Assembly: GCA_002633005.1 (NCBI GenBank) | Contig: NMRA01000046.1 | Span: 510,266 to 574,265, forward strand | Direction of reading: 5' to 3' | Length of the DNA stretch: 64,000 bases | DNA from: Phoronis australis | Taxonomy: Eukaryota; Animalia; Phoronida | Shown here: positions 44,901 to 58,800 of the stretch, one piece after another | Layout: the number at the start of each line of letters is the position of its first letter | Position numbering within the stretch: the first letter of the stretch is position 1 | Translations under genes and position numbers: made by a program | The notes under the pieces: generated by a model | The model's database searches: none | Told to the model about the DNA's origin: nothing | Seen by the model: the letters and a program-made list of their open reading frames with translations, nothing else

Positions 44901-47900
44901 GTGTTCATTTAAAAATTTTTAATAAAATAAGTTGGGGGTTGGGGTTATTTTGCTATGAATGTACCTTTCTTGCATGTGAAAATTTGATTTAAAAACATGA
45001 TCACGTGATAATAATGAAGACACATTAGTAAGAAGCACATTTTAGAATCTCCGATCTTTATCCTTTTAGAAAATATATACTTTTAGTAGTAGACAAAGCA
45101 TAGTTTTTTAATATTTGACTTTAGAGGTTGCTTATTAAGGTCCTAGATAACCCTAAGTCCAAGAAAGGTTTGATATATAATAACCCTAAAATGGTGTATT
45201 TTATTCTAGGCTTCAAAGCTTCAACCGACTATCATCTTCATTGATGAGTTGGACACATTTCTCCGTGACAGGTCGTCCAGTGATCATGAAGCGACTGCCA
45301 TGGTGAAGACTCAGTTTATGACATGGTGGGATGGCATACTTACTGATGATCACTGTCGCATAATCATCATGGGAGCTACCAACCGACCGCAGGATGTGGA
45401 TGCAGCAATTCTAAGACGAATGCCTGCCATGTTTTATGTTGGATTACCGGTTAGTATGTAAACTATGTAATGTAATGCATTGCTAAGTGTTTGGTCAATC
45501 ACAGGTCTTATTTGAAACACTGTCCCGTGATAGTACGTGGGCAATTCTTTGAAACACTGTCCCGTGATAATACATAGACAATTCTTTGAAACACTGTCTG
45601 TTGATAATACGTGGATAATTCTTTGAAACATTGTCCCTTGATAATACATGTACAATTCTTTGAAACGCTGTTCCTTGATAATACATGTATAATTCTTTGA
45701 AACGCTGCCCCTTGATAATACAAGGACAATTCTTTGAAGCTGTCCCTTGATAATACGTGGACAATTCTTTGAAGCTGTCCCTTGATAATACGTGGACAAT
45801 TCACCAACTTGTTACACCACCGTAATTTTTACACTACTTTTCTTTTTGAAGAAGTTCTGTTGATTGTTTGAAATCATTACTTGAAGAAATATACCTGGGT
45901 CAAGAATAAGCAATGCTCGACATTGTGAAAAAGTTGTGCATTTTTTGACAACTGTTTGAGGTTCCATAATAGAACTTGCATCATGTAACTTATTGTGAAG
46001 TGTTAGCAGCTTAATAATATATTTCATGATCTTGGTTCAGGCTTATTACGCAAGTGAAATTCTTCATTTTTGCTATTATGTCATTTGTAAAATTATGTCA
46101 CACATTCTTATTCAGTCTGATGCTGAAGTTATATTGATGCAAATACCGTATTTGCCCTAATAAGCGCCCATGCCCCTATAAGTGCCTCCCCACATGTATT
46201 CAGACTCCGCTAAGATAAGAGCCCAGTCCATGAACATGTACTTGCGAAAAGTGCCTTACCTACAGTTCTAAAATTCTTCAGTAACGTCTTCAATTTATCA
46301 ATGAATGAGATACAACAGTCCTGAAGAAAGTCATTGAGCGCGGAATTTGTAGACCATGAGCCTCACCGCTATGTGGGTATTTAGCCGCGACTAGACATTT
46401 GAAACTTCCGCCGTGCTTCAAAAAGAACACAAAAGTTTTGCTGATCTTGCGAGGAATGTGTCCCATTATGTCCTGGCCTTTCAGAACAGACGCAGCGTAT
46501 TTGTCAAAGGGATTGTATTGTATCTTTCCCGTACAGATCTTCTCTCTCAACAGGAATCCAAATTTCTTTGTACACGTGAAAACTGCAAATCGAAGACTAA
46601 TAAAAAATTGATCTTCGTTAAAAGCACGTGGCCAGAAAGCGTGCGCTACATACAAGTACCTGTCATCAAAGACATTAGTCTTTGGGAACTATCTATTCAT
46701 GAAACGGGTAGCATAGCATTGGCAAGAAATAAATATTGGCACTAATTTCTGAAAGTTTCTAATACCGTAAAAAACATTCGCGTTATTTTTAGGAGGAATT
46801 ATTTAGTTAATCATAATTGGTGTTTTTAAAGTCAAAATAACCCACTGATAGTGAACACTTTCACACCCTTACACGCCCAAATCTCCCGGAAAATAACTGT
46901 TAGACTGTCACGCATCCAGTCACCCGGGGACTTACCGAGACAATTCTCGAACATTTTTTAGCAAATGAGATCAACAGGTGCTAAATAAAACACGTTCTGC
47001 TTTACTCCTTGTGTTAATTTCTTTAGTTACAATGCACACCTAGATCGTTACATTGCGTTTACTCTGGCAAATGAACTCTGATGACACGCACGCACTCGCT
47101 CACTCACACAATACGCAGACGAATTTCAAAACAAACGTCACGTGACTACAACATGTGTGTTCGTCCAGAGATTTTTCTCGTGTTGCGGGGTACGATCTAG
47201 CGCAGATTTGGACTTAAATATGCAGTTAATCCTGACTCCACAGGAAATTAAAAATCTTAGGGACGCTATTTTGAAAACTTAAGAAGGACTTCAGGTAATT
47301 TGTTGATACTCTACTGACGATCGCGAGGCAGCAACGCATCAGTTGGCGAGTTTTCATCTGGGATTTCAGCACAATTTTCCTAAAAGTGATCGTAATTTAA
47401 CTACGAAGTTTGATACCAGTGCACCACAATTTTGTAGGAAGTCTGTCATAGGTTACAGATACGTTACAGAGCATAAAGTTGATGAATCCTACTAAAGACT
47501 TCACCCGTTTCGGAGACCGGGTTTCAACCGGCTTAGGCTATAATAAGTGCCCCCCTCCTGAAACGAATTTTTCTAAGCACCCTGGGCCCTTATTAGGGCG
47601 AATACGGTAGTTTCTTGGGAGTGTATACTTTATTCCAGAACTTCTACAGTTGTCATGAAAATGTCAAAATGTATCATCAACCTAAAGTATCTAATTATAC
47701 ACACCAACGTTTACTCATATGTTTAATAATTATTAATGCTTTTCAATAATCGTTTTACATTACTCATGCTTATTAATAATTTCAGACAAAAGTTAAACGA
47801 CAGGAAATCCTGGAAATCATATTGACCGGAGAGAATATTGATCAAACAGTTGACTTGACTAAGATAGCTGAAGCTACCGAAGGATTTTCAGGGAGTGATC

Positions 47901-49770
47901 TTAAAGAATTATGTCGAAATGCCGCAATATGTGTTGTGAGAGAGTTGTTGGACAGTGAACAGCTAAGTGGGCCTCAGTAAGTAAATGAGAAATTATTACG
48001 CTTATCATTTCAGTGATTTTTAATGACTGGTTTGGCAAGGGGTGAATATTTTAGTTGTGTTGAAATCAGTACTCAAGTTGTACTTGATAGTCGTTCTTCA
48101 CATTTTAATACACAGTTTGACCAATTTCTTAAAAAAATAACAACTAAAAGCATTACTGTCTTACAAGTTTGGGTTATAGTGTTTTGGTGTCATAATGTAA
48201 CTTTCTGCAAAGTTTCCAAGTATTTCCAGCAAGGTAAGGAGCCATTGAAAAATAGAAAATTGGCAATTTTTGGCAATTATTTTTTGCAAAGTAAGTGAAT
48301 AATTAACAGTCTTTAACATTGAAGTATTGAACACCAACAGTTTCTGATACTGATGGTGTAGAAAACTGATAAATCCACAAGTCTTTTGACTAGAGTCAAG
48401 ACAATATTTCTTAATTTACTTGCAAGTGCTCTTGCCATGCAGTATAATATCAGTCAGGAAATTAATTTACACTAATTGTGAATTGCCAACAGAGAAGAAA
48501 TGTGACTTGGGAACTAAGTCAAATGCAACTTCACACTAAGACAGTTTTAGATGTTTCATGTGGGAGCAAGTGCACTTGGATGCCATTTAGGCACGTTTTA
48601 CTGTAGTTTTTGTACTGTCCACATGACTGTTCTCTTTGTCAATTTCAGGATTAAAAGATCCAAAATTATTTATAATATTATAAAAAACAGTTATGTACAC
48701 TTTGGTGCGTGACAAGTACCATCTCAATTGAGTAAAATATTTGGTTCCTTTACTCAGACATCTTATTGTTGATTTGTTCATTTCAAACCTCACTCTGCAA
48801 TTCTTTGTCAACGAAAGGCTGACAGTGCATGACCTGGAAGTACAACAGTGTTTTGATATATCAGGCTGAGAGTCCCTAATCTCTGCTCATGCTTGTCCTC
48901 TTGGTATCAATGAAGACAGTATCTTTATCCATGAAGTCAGGTCAAAGACCCGAATTTTTTCAAAATTATTTTTAGTTCTTCCAGTTCACGCAATAATGGG
49001 GAAAATGGCAGCCAGAGCCTTTTGTTGACAAAGAACCGTAGTGTGCGGTTTGCAATACAACGCGTGTTGAATTAACGCATTAGAGATTTGTTTTCTGTCA
49101 CCACTCCAACATTTGTTTCCCGTCACCTCTCCAACATTACGCACATGTACTGGAGTGTTTCTCGAATACTTGATGGTAGTAATGATAGCGACAATGACAT
49201 TCAAACATTAATGCATATCAAAAGCATATTTGTGTGTCTTTCGGCCCATGCATCTATCCAAAATAAAATTGAAAGAGTTTTTCCAAAGTTTCCCTTGTAA
49301 GCGTAATTGATTATTTCTTGTAAGTGTGCATGATAAACTTGACGACTTGTTCTTTTTGTGCGTTTTGACTATTTTTAGAACTTTTCATAAAAATAGTCGT
49401 TCTCACACTAGACACACATCAATATCATTTTTAAAATGTATAAGTCAAGTTACACTCACTTGCTATTTTAAACTGTACGTTTTACACAAGTGTTTCGTAT
49501 ACAAGTGCATCCTTTTAATTCTGCTCATAGGTGAAGCTTCACAATGCATGGGCCAAAATATTTGGATAAATGAAAGTTCTGTTGAGGGGACTAACAACAA
49601 AGTGTGTATGTAGCGTAATGGTGTATATTTTCAGGAACACATCTGATGACGCATCTTCAAGTGTCCAGCTTCGAGCCATGTCTATGAATGACTTTGAGGA
49701 GTCTCTTGCCAAGATGAAGAGGAGTAAATACACATCGGTCAAGGTTCCACATCAGATTGATGTTGACTGA
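35921..49770 (+). CDS. ATAD1: ATAD1/Msp1/Thorase membrane-anchored AAA+ ATPase, complete, 8 coding exons (~401 aa from ATG 35921; in-frame alternatives at 35876 and 36008)
   Basis: Exons 35921-36175 (TM segment, [10 protein letters not shown]), 40538-40585, 41134-41311 (LSEYE...WSDIGGLD...APKG), 43401-43469 (Walker A GPPGCGKT), 43720-43808 (pore loop DKWYGES), 45210-45449 (Walker [28 protein letters not shown]), 47786-47976 ([15 protein letters not shown]), 49635-49770. All introns GT-AG and phases consistent. Confidence 0.96.
39963..40119. mobile_element. hAT-like MITE
   Basis: Termini CAGGGGCGGATT ... AATCCGCCACTG with a G-rich interior. Confidence 0.6.
44435..45152. mobile_element. ~720-bp foldback element with long imperfect inverted arms (Kolobok-like family)
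   Basis: Ends GTTATCTAGAGTCTTAATAA ... TTATTAAGGTCCTAGATAACC. Arms pair over about 300 bp, e.g. GAAAGGTACATTAATTGCAAAATAGCCC / GGGTTATTTTGCTATGAATGTACCTTTC. Confidence 0.8.
45510..45802. repeat. ~37-bp minisatellite, about 8 copies
   Basis: Unit AATTCTTTGAAACACTGTCCCTTGATAATACGTGGAC. It explains the three overlapping minus-strand ORFs. Confidence 0.92.
46146..47607. mobile_element. 1.46-kb Tc1/mariner-superfamily (Tc2/pogo-like) non-autonomous element with TA TSD
   Basis: TA|CCGTATTTGCCCTAATAAGCGCCCA ... TGGGCCCTTATTAGGGCGAATACGG|TA (23/25 TIR match), plus subterminal ATAAGTGCC repeats. Confidence 0.85.
46320..46600 (-). pseudogene. HIRAN-like domain pseudogene carried by the Tc2/pogo-like element
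   Basis: [21 protein letters not shown], then a frameshift into [42 protein letters not shown]...GLQIP. Confidence 0.75.
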
Positions 49771-49894
49771 TGTTAACACCTTAGTGTTATTCCGCTGTGG
49801 TACCAATAACTTGTGTGGAAATGACTTTGTGCAACAAATTCGGCACATACAGCTGAACTGTGTAAAAGCGACATCATATTCCAGTGTTCTTTTA

Positions 49895-52800
49895 TCACGA
49901 GTCAGACTGAAGTAAACTCTCAAAATCTGGACTGCACACAAGTCTGTAATCTAAATGTCCTAATACTTTCATGTCCCCAATGGAGCCATCCACTTTTACA
50001 GAGACCACATCCTGAAATGAAAGAATTATTGAGCCATTTAGGGCACATAGGCAATTCATACTCCTTAATTTTTCATTCTTTCTTAACAATATTGCCAAAT
50101 TAACCAATTCTTTGAACTTGATTTTGTCAAAATTGAAAAATCCCAATCTTCTATTATTTATTAATAAGTTAAAAGCTCACTTGCTTATAAAACAATGCAT
50201 GTTTGAAACTGCTCTCTACCGAACTTTGCGAATGAATGGCAGACAGATTCATAAGTTCTTCATTGAAAAAGGACGGTATTTGTATCTTTCAAAGACCAAG
50301 AAACCTTCATTTTCATCCCTGTGTATAGATATCCAAAATACAATTCTTAGCGTTGCCTACAAATGGAGCATGTAGAATATTCATTGTGTATTTTGTTTTC
50401 TGGATTTTCTTTTTTACAAACTCTTCAAATTACATCATTCTTTAAACACTCAAAATATATGTGTCTGAGAACTGTTTTGTTTCTCTGATCGTTAGATGAC
50501 CACACAAACTGATACTGGTATATCTAGCGTATGGCCCAGAAGTATCAACAGAAGTGCTAAAAAAGATTGTTTTTTGACTGTTGTATACGGGCATTTTAAG
50601 AGGTTCTCACAATGATTTTATTGCTCACCAAGAATTGTGATGGGTGTGGTCAGACTTTTTGGTTCACCACGCACAAAACACAAAGAATCGGCACATCAGT
50701 GGTGGAGCATTGTTGGGGAAAGTATTGTTGAGATATTTTTCGTTTTTTTTTCCAGTGATCAATGATTTTGTTATGTATGAAACGTGCATATTTGTGACAA
50801 AACTAGGTATGGCACTGGTGACATGCAAAACGTGATGAGACAATTGGGTGTGAATTCTACAGTAAAAGTCAAAAGAAGTCAGACAAAATGACATGGAATT
50901 TCCTGCCATGACAGCTGGACAGAAGCCAAATTCAATGTCAAGATAAATTTTCTTTCAAAACTGAGAATGAAGGGGAATTAACAGGCCAGTAAGTAATGTG
51001 ACTCAGTCATACTGTAAGTGGAATTTTGTCACCCTAATAGTTATTAGCAGTAATTTTTGCTGTTAAAGAATGTCATATTTTGTCTGATTACTTTTGACTT
51101 GTACTGTATGAAACACCAGTCTAAAGGAGAATATTTTTTCAACTAACTGTTTTTTTTTTCAAAACCCAAGAAGCCCTGACAAGTAACAATGTTTACTAAA
51201 TGCGAGTTTACTTTCGGCTGCAGTAAAACAATCACTCAAACACCGGGCTGGTACTCACCTGAAGAAATCCACAGGGTGTCCCTGTGAACACATCCAGGGA
51301 GACTTGACCCAGTAACAAGCGACATTTTCCTGACTTGAGAACCTGTATTTTTCCAATGTGACCTTCTGAGAAATCACCCAGATTATTTTTTGCTTTATCT
51401 TTTGCTTCAGTTTTTTCCTGTAATTTGGGAACAGGACAGATGGACACGTACCACACAACAGTCTAGGTTCAACAAGATGCACTTATATCAAATTGCTATT
51501 ATAAGACAAGAAAAGTCGTATCACCCGCATATTTTATGATTTTTGGAGTTTTTGAATAATTGAGTGACGAAAATTTACCTGGTTGTCTGAGCCTTGATCC
51601 CGTCCATTGCGTTTGTCATCGTCTGATAGACACAAGCCTGGCAGGACGTCAGGAAGTTGAAAGAAAAGCAGAGGTGGGCGATCTGACAAAAGAAAGGATT
51701 GACAGAACCCGAGAATGAAAATTTGTTTAACCAAATGTTTCAGCAACTTCCCAAGTAGCACATTAATACGAAATAGTTTTTAATATTGGCAAAGTATAAC
51801 TGAAATAACTTAATATATACTCAGTAGAGCACAAGAGGACAATTGCCAACAAGAGAAAATAAAACACTTGAAATGCGCCAACAAACAGTATGCCTTTAGG
51901 GTTGTTATAATTTTCATGCATTGGTCGCTATAATACTATAGTGGAAATAGATTGGCGCTGGCTCACCCCAATCACCTCTTTGTCAAGGTCTGTCAAAAAA
52001 TTCGTTGTGCCATAATCAACCGAAAGCAATACAGTGGAACCTCGTTACAGGGAACCTCCCAGGAACTATTGAATATGTTCACTATAACCAGGGAACATTG
52101 TAACCCAATCAACTATTTAGAAAAAATGAACAAGGAATTTCTTGTCTTAAATTAAAATGGCTATCCAACACCCTAGTGGCAATCAAAACTGTTCGAAAAT
52201 CAAATGGTGCCAGCGCATACCTCTGTATAGGCAACATTTGTCAAATCAGTTTGCCAAAATTGACAGACAGTTTTTTGTCAAAAATTGAAATGGCCAAAAG
52301 GTGACACTGAAATTTGAGTGATGGTGGCACATGCCCGTCTTCTAACTCTATGCCAAGCACAGATGATGATGGATGGATGGATGGGATACTGATTACGTGA
52401 CCACAAAGTTTTTGAGAAGGCATGAAACTGAAACTACAAGAAAATACATTAAATGTTGCAGTGCAACTCATGTCCTTAAAAAACAGCACAACACCAATGT
52501 CTTGTGTTTACAAGCGCGAGTGGATTATTTGTTGTGATGACCCGAGCTGATATTTTGAAAAAGATGACAGGTGTGATATGGATAAACTTACCTGTTTTGA
52601 AAGAATTAGAAAAAAGATCTGCACATTCTATATCTTTGACTCTTGCCTTCACATGTGGTAATACTTTGTCTGGTCTGGAACTGTTAATTTCTACAACAAC
52701 ACAGAGCAGCAGATGAAGCAAGTAATACAATCATCTGAAAAAATGAAGGGTACTTCAAAACCATGGACCTAATATGAAGCAAGGATGTTCCATACTGGAA

Positions 52801-55800
52801 ATGCAAACTACTTGCATGTTCAAAAAGAGATTAATATACAAGTAGAATTCATCTATATGTAATGGTTAATGGAATACATGGAGCAAGTAAACTGTCTGTA
52901 AAAAGGTTTTATACCTCTAGCTTTCCAGCTTCACAAACAAGTTTTGAAACCCTCTGTGTAGCGTAACAGTGATCAAATCTGTTATGACTCTCAAGATGTG
53001 TTTTGTTATCGTAATGTGTAAGAAATAGAAAATCCTACACGAGTCTCGGGTTTATGGAAATTTTGTCAAAATCCTGAGGCTTGCTGAGGGATTTTGACGA
53101 AATTTCCGGAAGGTTTTGCCCATGTCATCAACCTAATAGGAGTGTAAAATTTGTTTTCTCACATGAACTGTAAAAACAATCTTTTTTGCCGAAAAACTCA
53201 ACATGTCACCACATGACGCAACTTTTGTAAAAACACGCGCAATTTAAAGTTATACAGTTACTTTTTATTAATAGTTTTATTTCAAGCTCAACAATTGTAA
53301 GTTGCATTCAGCTTTAATTGCAAATATTCAAGTTAGAATCTAATACATAGCCTTTGAAGTTGTAGAGTTAAAACTTAAAAAATATTTATAAATAACAGTT
53401 AGCAAGGCTTCCCTGCATGTGAGCGCTGAATTGATTTTGAGACAGCACAGCTAGACAGCCTCGCTGCGTTTCTTGAGTTGGGGCTTGTCTCCATTTCAAT
53501 GAACGTGGATAGAGATGGGTCCGTTTAAAAAGCTGTTTGGATGTCCTTACGACTGGGAGTACGTACAGTTGCAATACCTGATTTGTCAATCATAAATCAT
53601 AACCTTGTCATTGTTTCGGTGACGCACGTTTGGTTGTTTCAGTGTTTTGCAGACGATAAAATGTAAGGCGTATGGATTTCTACTTAGCACTATTTTGTGA
53701 TTTGCCCAATTAATATAAAAAATTGCGTACTCAGTGTTATTAACCAGTTGTGTCATAACACATTCCAGGTCATGAGAGAAAATGCTGTATCAACATGTAC
53801 CCCAACTATTAAGTAAGTAATTTAGATATCAAATTCAGTCAAAGTGACAACCAACTTGTCTATCCAAAACAACAAAGACAAAATTCTCCAATTGAGTAAG
53901 TATTATGAAAACACCTAGATGTTGCAATCATAGCACAAAAGAACAATTAAATTGGTAGAATGAATGTTCATTATCCGACTCCATTAATAAGGATGAGTGA
54001 TGGTAAGTTACCTGTTCAGTGCTGACTGATGTAGGTCTAAGACTTAGACCTACATCAGTCAGCATTGAAGGAGGACCCGGGTAGGACCCGAAAGCTATGA
54101 GATCTAAAAGGTCACCAGACAGGTAACTTGCCATCACCCAACAATTAAAATTGTTTTGATAACCTTACCAGTGTCAAGAATGTCAGGTTTTAGTTCAGCA
54201 CTTGAAGCCAGTGGCAGTTTAATGGGATTCAAATCATTGTCCAAGTCTGCACCATCAATGAACTATAATAATTACAATAGAATTCTTAGCAGACTGCTCA
54301 CACAGTGACAAAGATCATCCCCATCCATCATCACATTTACAGGAACACACCTGCCAAACTTCATTCTAAGATTCAGGAAGGAGTTTGAGAGATACAGCTG
54401 CAAATGCCAGGTGAAGGGCTGCGAGATGGCAATATGCACCCACACAATGAATATGGGACGTATAAAAAGTCTTGCTGAGAAAAAAATGCATCAACGAGGG
54501 CAATTTCCAGCAAGAGAAATGTGCCCTTGCCAATAAACCAAAATGGTGAATGTTACAGTTTTGTGAACATGTCACTCAGAAGTGAAATCTACCACAAAAC
54601 ATACAGCCAATGGATAACAATGCGCTGAGTCTTTTGTTTTTAATTCACCTTTGATGCCAGCTTTACAGATTCAAATGTGAGTTTTAGCAGCTTTATTCTA
54701 CAGGTTATTTCAGTAAAATGGCCTGTGTACTCAGATTAGTCATGAAAGTCAATGTAATCTTAATCTCAATCTGAAGACAACAAGGTGGAACAAGAACAGT
54801 ACAACATCAAAGAATAAAGGGAGGAGGAATGAGACAGTGGGGGATTCTGTAGTCACACTTGTGGACCCAGTGCTGTGAGAACTAAAAACAAACTTTACAA
54901 ATTACAAACAAGAAGTCACATGGCAAGGTTCAACTGACAACAGAAAGCAACAAAGCGAAGAAATACTTGCATCATCTCGGAGAAGACCATCTAGTATTCG
55001 TTGCGTTTCTTCTGGTTTTTCCCTCTTTATTTTTGCTTTTAAAGAGATGCCGTCACTAGAAGACGCTCCACTACTGGAGCACTTGCCATAGCTGGAACCT
55101 GTCACAAAACAGTACTTTTCAATTAATATACATAATTGTTTAATCACAAATCATTGGTAATCACATGAAATATTGAATTAAAGACAATGCATATAGGAAT
55201 TCTGTAACAACAGATAATGAAAGAAGGCATTATTTTCTAGCTTTAACACTCATTTTTCATAGAGGGTTTGGATATTCTTAAGACAGTAAGTTGAAACAAA
55301 ACAAATTACCCCTCTCTTTCAGACTTTTTTCTGTGGGTCCTTGTTCAAAGATTGAGTGCGACTGTATAACTTCAGGCTTGTTGCGGCCCCTGCCTCTTCC
55401 ACGGCCCACATCATCTTTTCTTTGATTAGCAACTTTTGGTCTTGGTGTGCCTTTATTATCTGAAGCGTTTTTGCTTCCAACTGGTGTATTGCTACATTAC
55501 AAGGAGAGTAAGATTCTCAATTAGGAATGAATCATCCAAGAAATTAATACAGGTAATCTGATAAGCAACTGAGCATAGGCTTCAGGTTAATATTGCTGGT
55601 TAAGCTGCAAACACTTGAATTCACTAACTCTGTTGTTTGTCTTCAAATTTGCATTGGAGATAACAGTTTAATTGTCCGAAGAAATGTTCCAACTGATTAC
55701 AGTACAATATCCCCATCTGAGTCACCCAGCATTAACAATTTTCAAGTTTAAACTAACAATACATGGCAACATTTTTATTACACAAAAATCCTCCTGCTAA

Positions 55801-58800
55801 TTGTTGCCTGCAATTTATCATCAAACAAGCTAACAGCATGACCGGACTGGAAAGCGTGCTGACAAACAAATTTCAGCTGACCTGTAATATAATTCCAAAT
55901 TTCTAGATAATCAGCAATTACGAAATAAGACGTCTCCTTAGTTCGAAAATTCAATGCATGACTAAGGTTTTGTGTCATGATTTGATGTTTTATAGGAGCA
56001 AAACGACAGTACCATAAATGCAAAACATGAACTACACAACACACAATCATTGATCCAGTCTAGTATTAGGAAAAAGAACTGAATGTCCTGTTATAGAATG
56101 AAACACGCAAAATGCATCATTTTCACAGGCAAGCTCATTTCATGTCTTTAATAAGAGAAGGATGCACAATGCTTTTTCTTTTCAAATGACACGCTAATTT
56201 GCTACGTCAAACACATACTCTGGTTTGGGTTTCTCTTTCCTCTGAGGTATGTTTGGGACAAACGTCTTCTTCTTAACACCACCAAGTGTAAGGTCCCTTG
56301 GTGTTCTGATGGACGGAAGTCTACAACATTAAGTATAGGAACATAATTATTCACATGAGAAGCACCAATTTAAAAAAGAGCTTTGCCCCAGACATTTATC
56401 TCTACACTCTATGAAAATGTTCCAATAACAGACCACTGTACAGTATCAAAAGCAAGCTATGAATGTTTCAGCTTACCTTAAGTTTTAAAAAGAATAATTT
56501 GAATCATTCATAGCTATTATAAAAGTACATGTAAAGCCTGTGACTTGTGTTTGTTATTTTTAAAACGGAATCTTAAATACTGATACATCAAGCTCTCAAA
56601 AATGACGTCTTAATGCAAGGTCATTGTTTTGACGACTCAAAACTTAGAACATCATGCACTTATACCATATGGTTCTCTTTTCAACATCTGAATAGAGAGC
56701 AGAAAGTACTTCATCACCATCACAGCGTGCATGAGATAAGAACCCACATAACTACCTGATTGCAGGTATATCTATAGGTAATATCTATAGGTAGAAATCT
56801 ATAGGTAGGACTTGTGACATCCAAGTTTGAGTTCTCCACTGTGGAAGAATTCCAACATTTAACTCATCTTATTTCAGAATTAAACAAACATTCTGACAAT
56901 CTCAAACTCAGCACAAAGAACAACCATTGATCATATACATGTTCCAAGTTAAGTAATCATAATTGTTTAAGTCTGTGCATGTACATGCACACCTAATCTC
57001 CCTCTCTATAAGGGATTTATTAAAGTTAAGTAGGACACTAAAAAAATCCAAACTTGGCTTTCTTTGGATCAGCATCTCTCAGAAATAGGTGATGCAATTC
57101 ATATGAACCAATCAGACAGTGCGCTTTATGCTCTGTTCTCCAAACCATTGTTTGAGATTGGTTTTAAATGATCAACTTTTGCATGATGGGTTATCAAAAG
57201 GAGAACTTTCATGATATTTAAAACGAAAATAAAAACAAAAACTTAGAAAACTGGAAGTTTTTGATATTTCATCTTGAATATTTGTATCAAACAAAACGTG
57301 GTCATGCTATCCATATCAATGTTCTACTATGACTGTACTTTTCTTTTTTGAACTAAAAAGATGGTGTCACATGACCCAATGGACAGTATATTGGTATGAA
57401 GTCAAAAATCAAATTAATATAACTTTTTGCTATCAGAAAATATTTACCTCAATTTTTTTAGGTAAATTCTATAGATTTGTAGATATTTGACCGTATATGC
57501 ATAGACTTGTTAATAAGGTCCTACATAACCTTAACAGTTTTGATGACAACTTGAAAAGTGAATGTTTGACAATAATCTACCGTGTGTTTTTGCTCGTTGG
57601 GGTCCCTCCTCGACTTAGCAACCCCCTGGGCAAACTTGGAGAGTCAGCTGGCTTCTCATTGGAGGCCATGTCTGTAAGAAAAGGGAAGTGTGACAGACAT
57701 GTTTAGATGAAAACAGTAAAGCTTCAATTGCAGAGTACGAGGTTACTGTTGTTCAGTCACAGTGACGACTTCCTAGTGAAGTTCACTATAATTCGTTTTC
57801 CATTGTGCAAAATGCGCACTCAAAACTTGATATTCAGGACATCCACTAAAACAATCATGATCTTATATAAAGGTTTCAACCTGATGAAAAGAAATCACGA
57901 TACCCATTTTACAGTAAAGAAATTGCAGACATCAACGAACAGTCATGCGGGATACTTAAAAACATTTTTCGACATTCAGTTGTATTCTGGATGTAAGTCA
58001 ATATTCAGTTTAGTGACTTGAGTGACTGTTCAAACCTGTTCAGGAGATGACCCACATAAAGGTTGACGCCGGTACAGAACAAGCCAGAAACAACCACACA
58101 AAACGACCAGAAATTCCCCGTCATGATAGCTGAGTGCACGCGGAAGTCGCCATCACACTAACTAGAATGACTCCTCCCCTCTGATGGTTTAACGATTTGA
58201 TGGATTGAGGCAGATGCAAAATGCAGACCCTGTTTCTTGTAGTGCAAGGACCAAGACAAAAATTTGAACTTTCTTGAATATTTCAATTCACAGATGAGCC
58301 ATATCCCCCTACTGTAAGCAGTGTAAAAATGGCCTGTTGCCTATACTTGGAACCTGAACAGAGGACTGCACGAAAAAGTTTGATTACGTGAGAATTTGCT
58401 CGAGTTGGATGAAATTAAAGACATCTACAGCCTCCTAAGGTGTCCCTCTATGTGCAAAAGGTACATATAGCAATGTGATGATTTAATCAGTGTGAGGCAT
58501 TGTTGGCCGATAAGCTTCCAGCGTATGAAGGGCCTATGGGATGGCCACCGTCTCCACTGCTAGTTGAGACAATGGCACTGTCCCTATAATTTTAATCAGA
58601 AAAAAACTGCCTGCTCATCTTCCATACTGAATCATTTTTGTATAGCCTCTACATACTATCTGATTATAGTACATAACGTCATAACGGCGGACTGCTGATG
58701 AGACTGCTAATGCCTGCATGCAGCTGACTAAACCTGACGACAAGGCGACAAGGTTGCAGATGTAGTAATAGCCGAGATTACCCGACCCGGGAATTGAACC

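Noticed and set aside
45434-45807. Three overlapping 89-121 aa ORFs
   Set aside because: Artefacts of the ~37-bp minisatellite.
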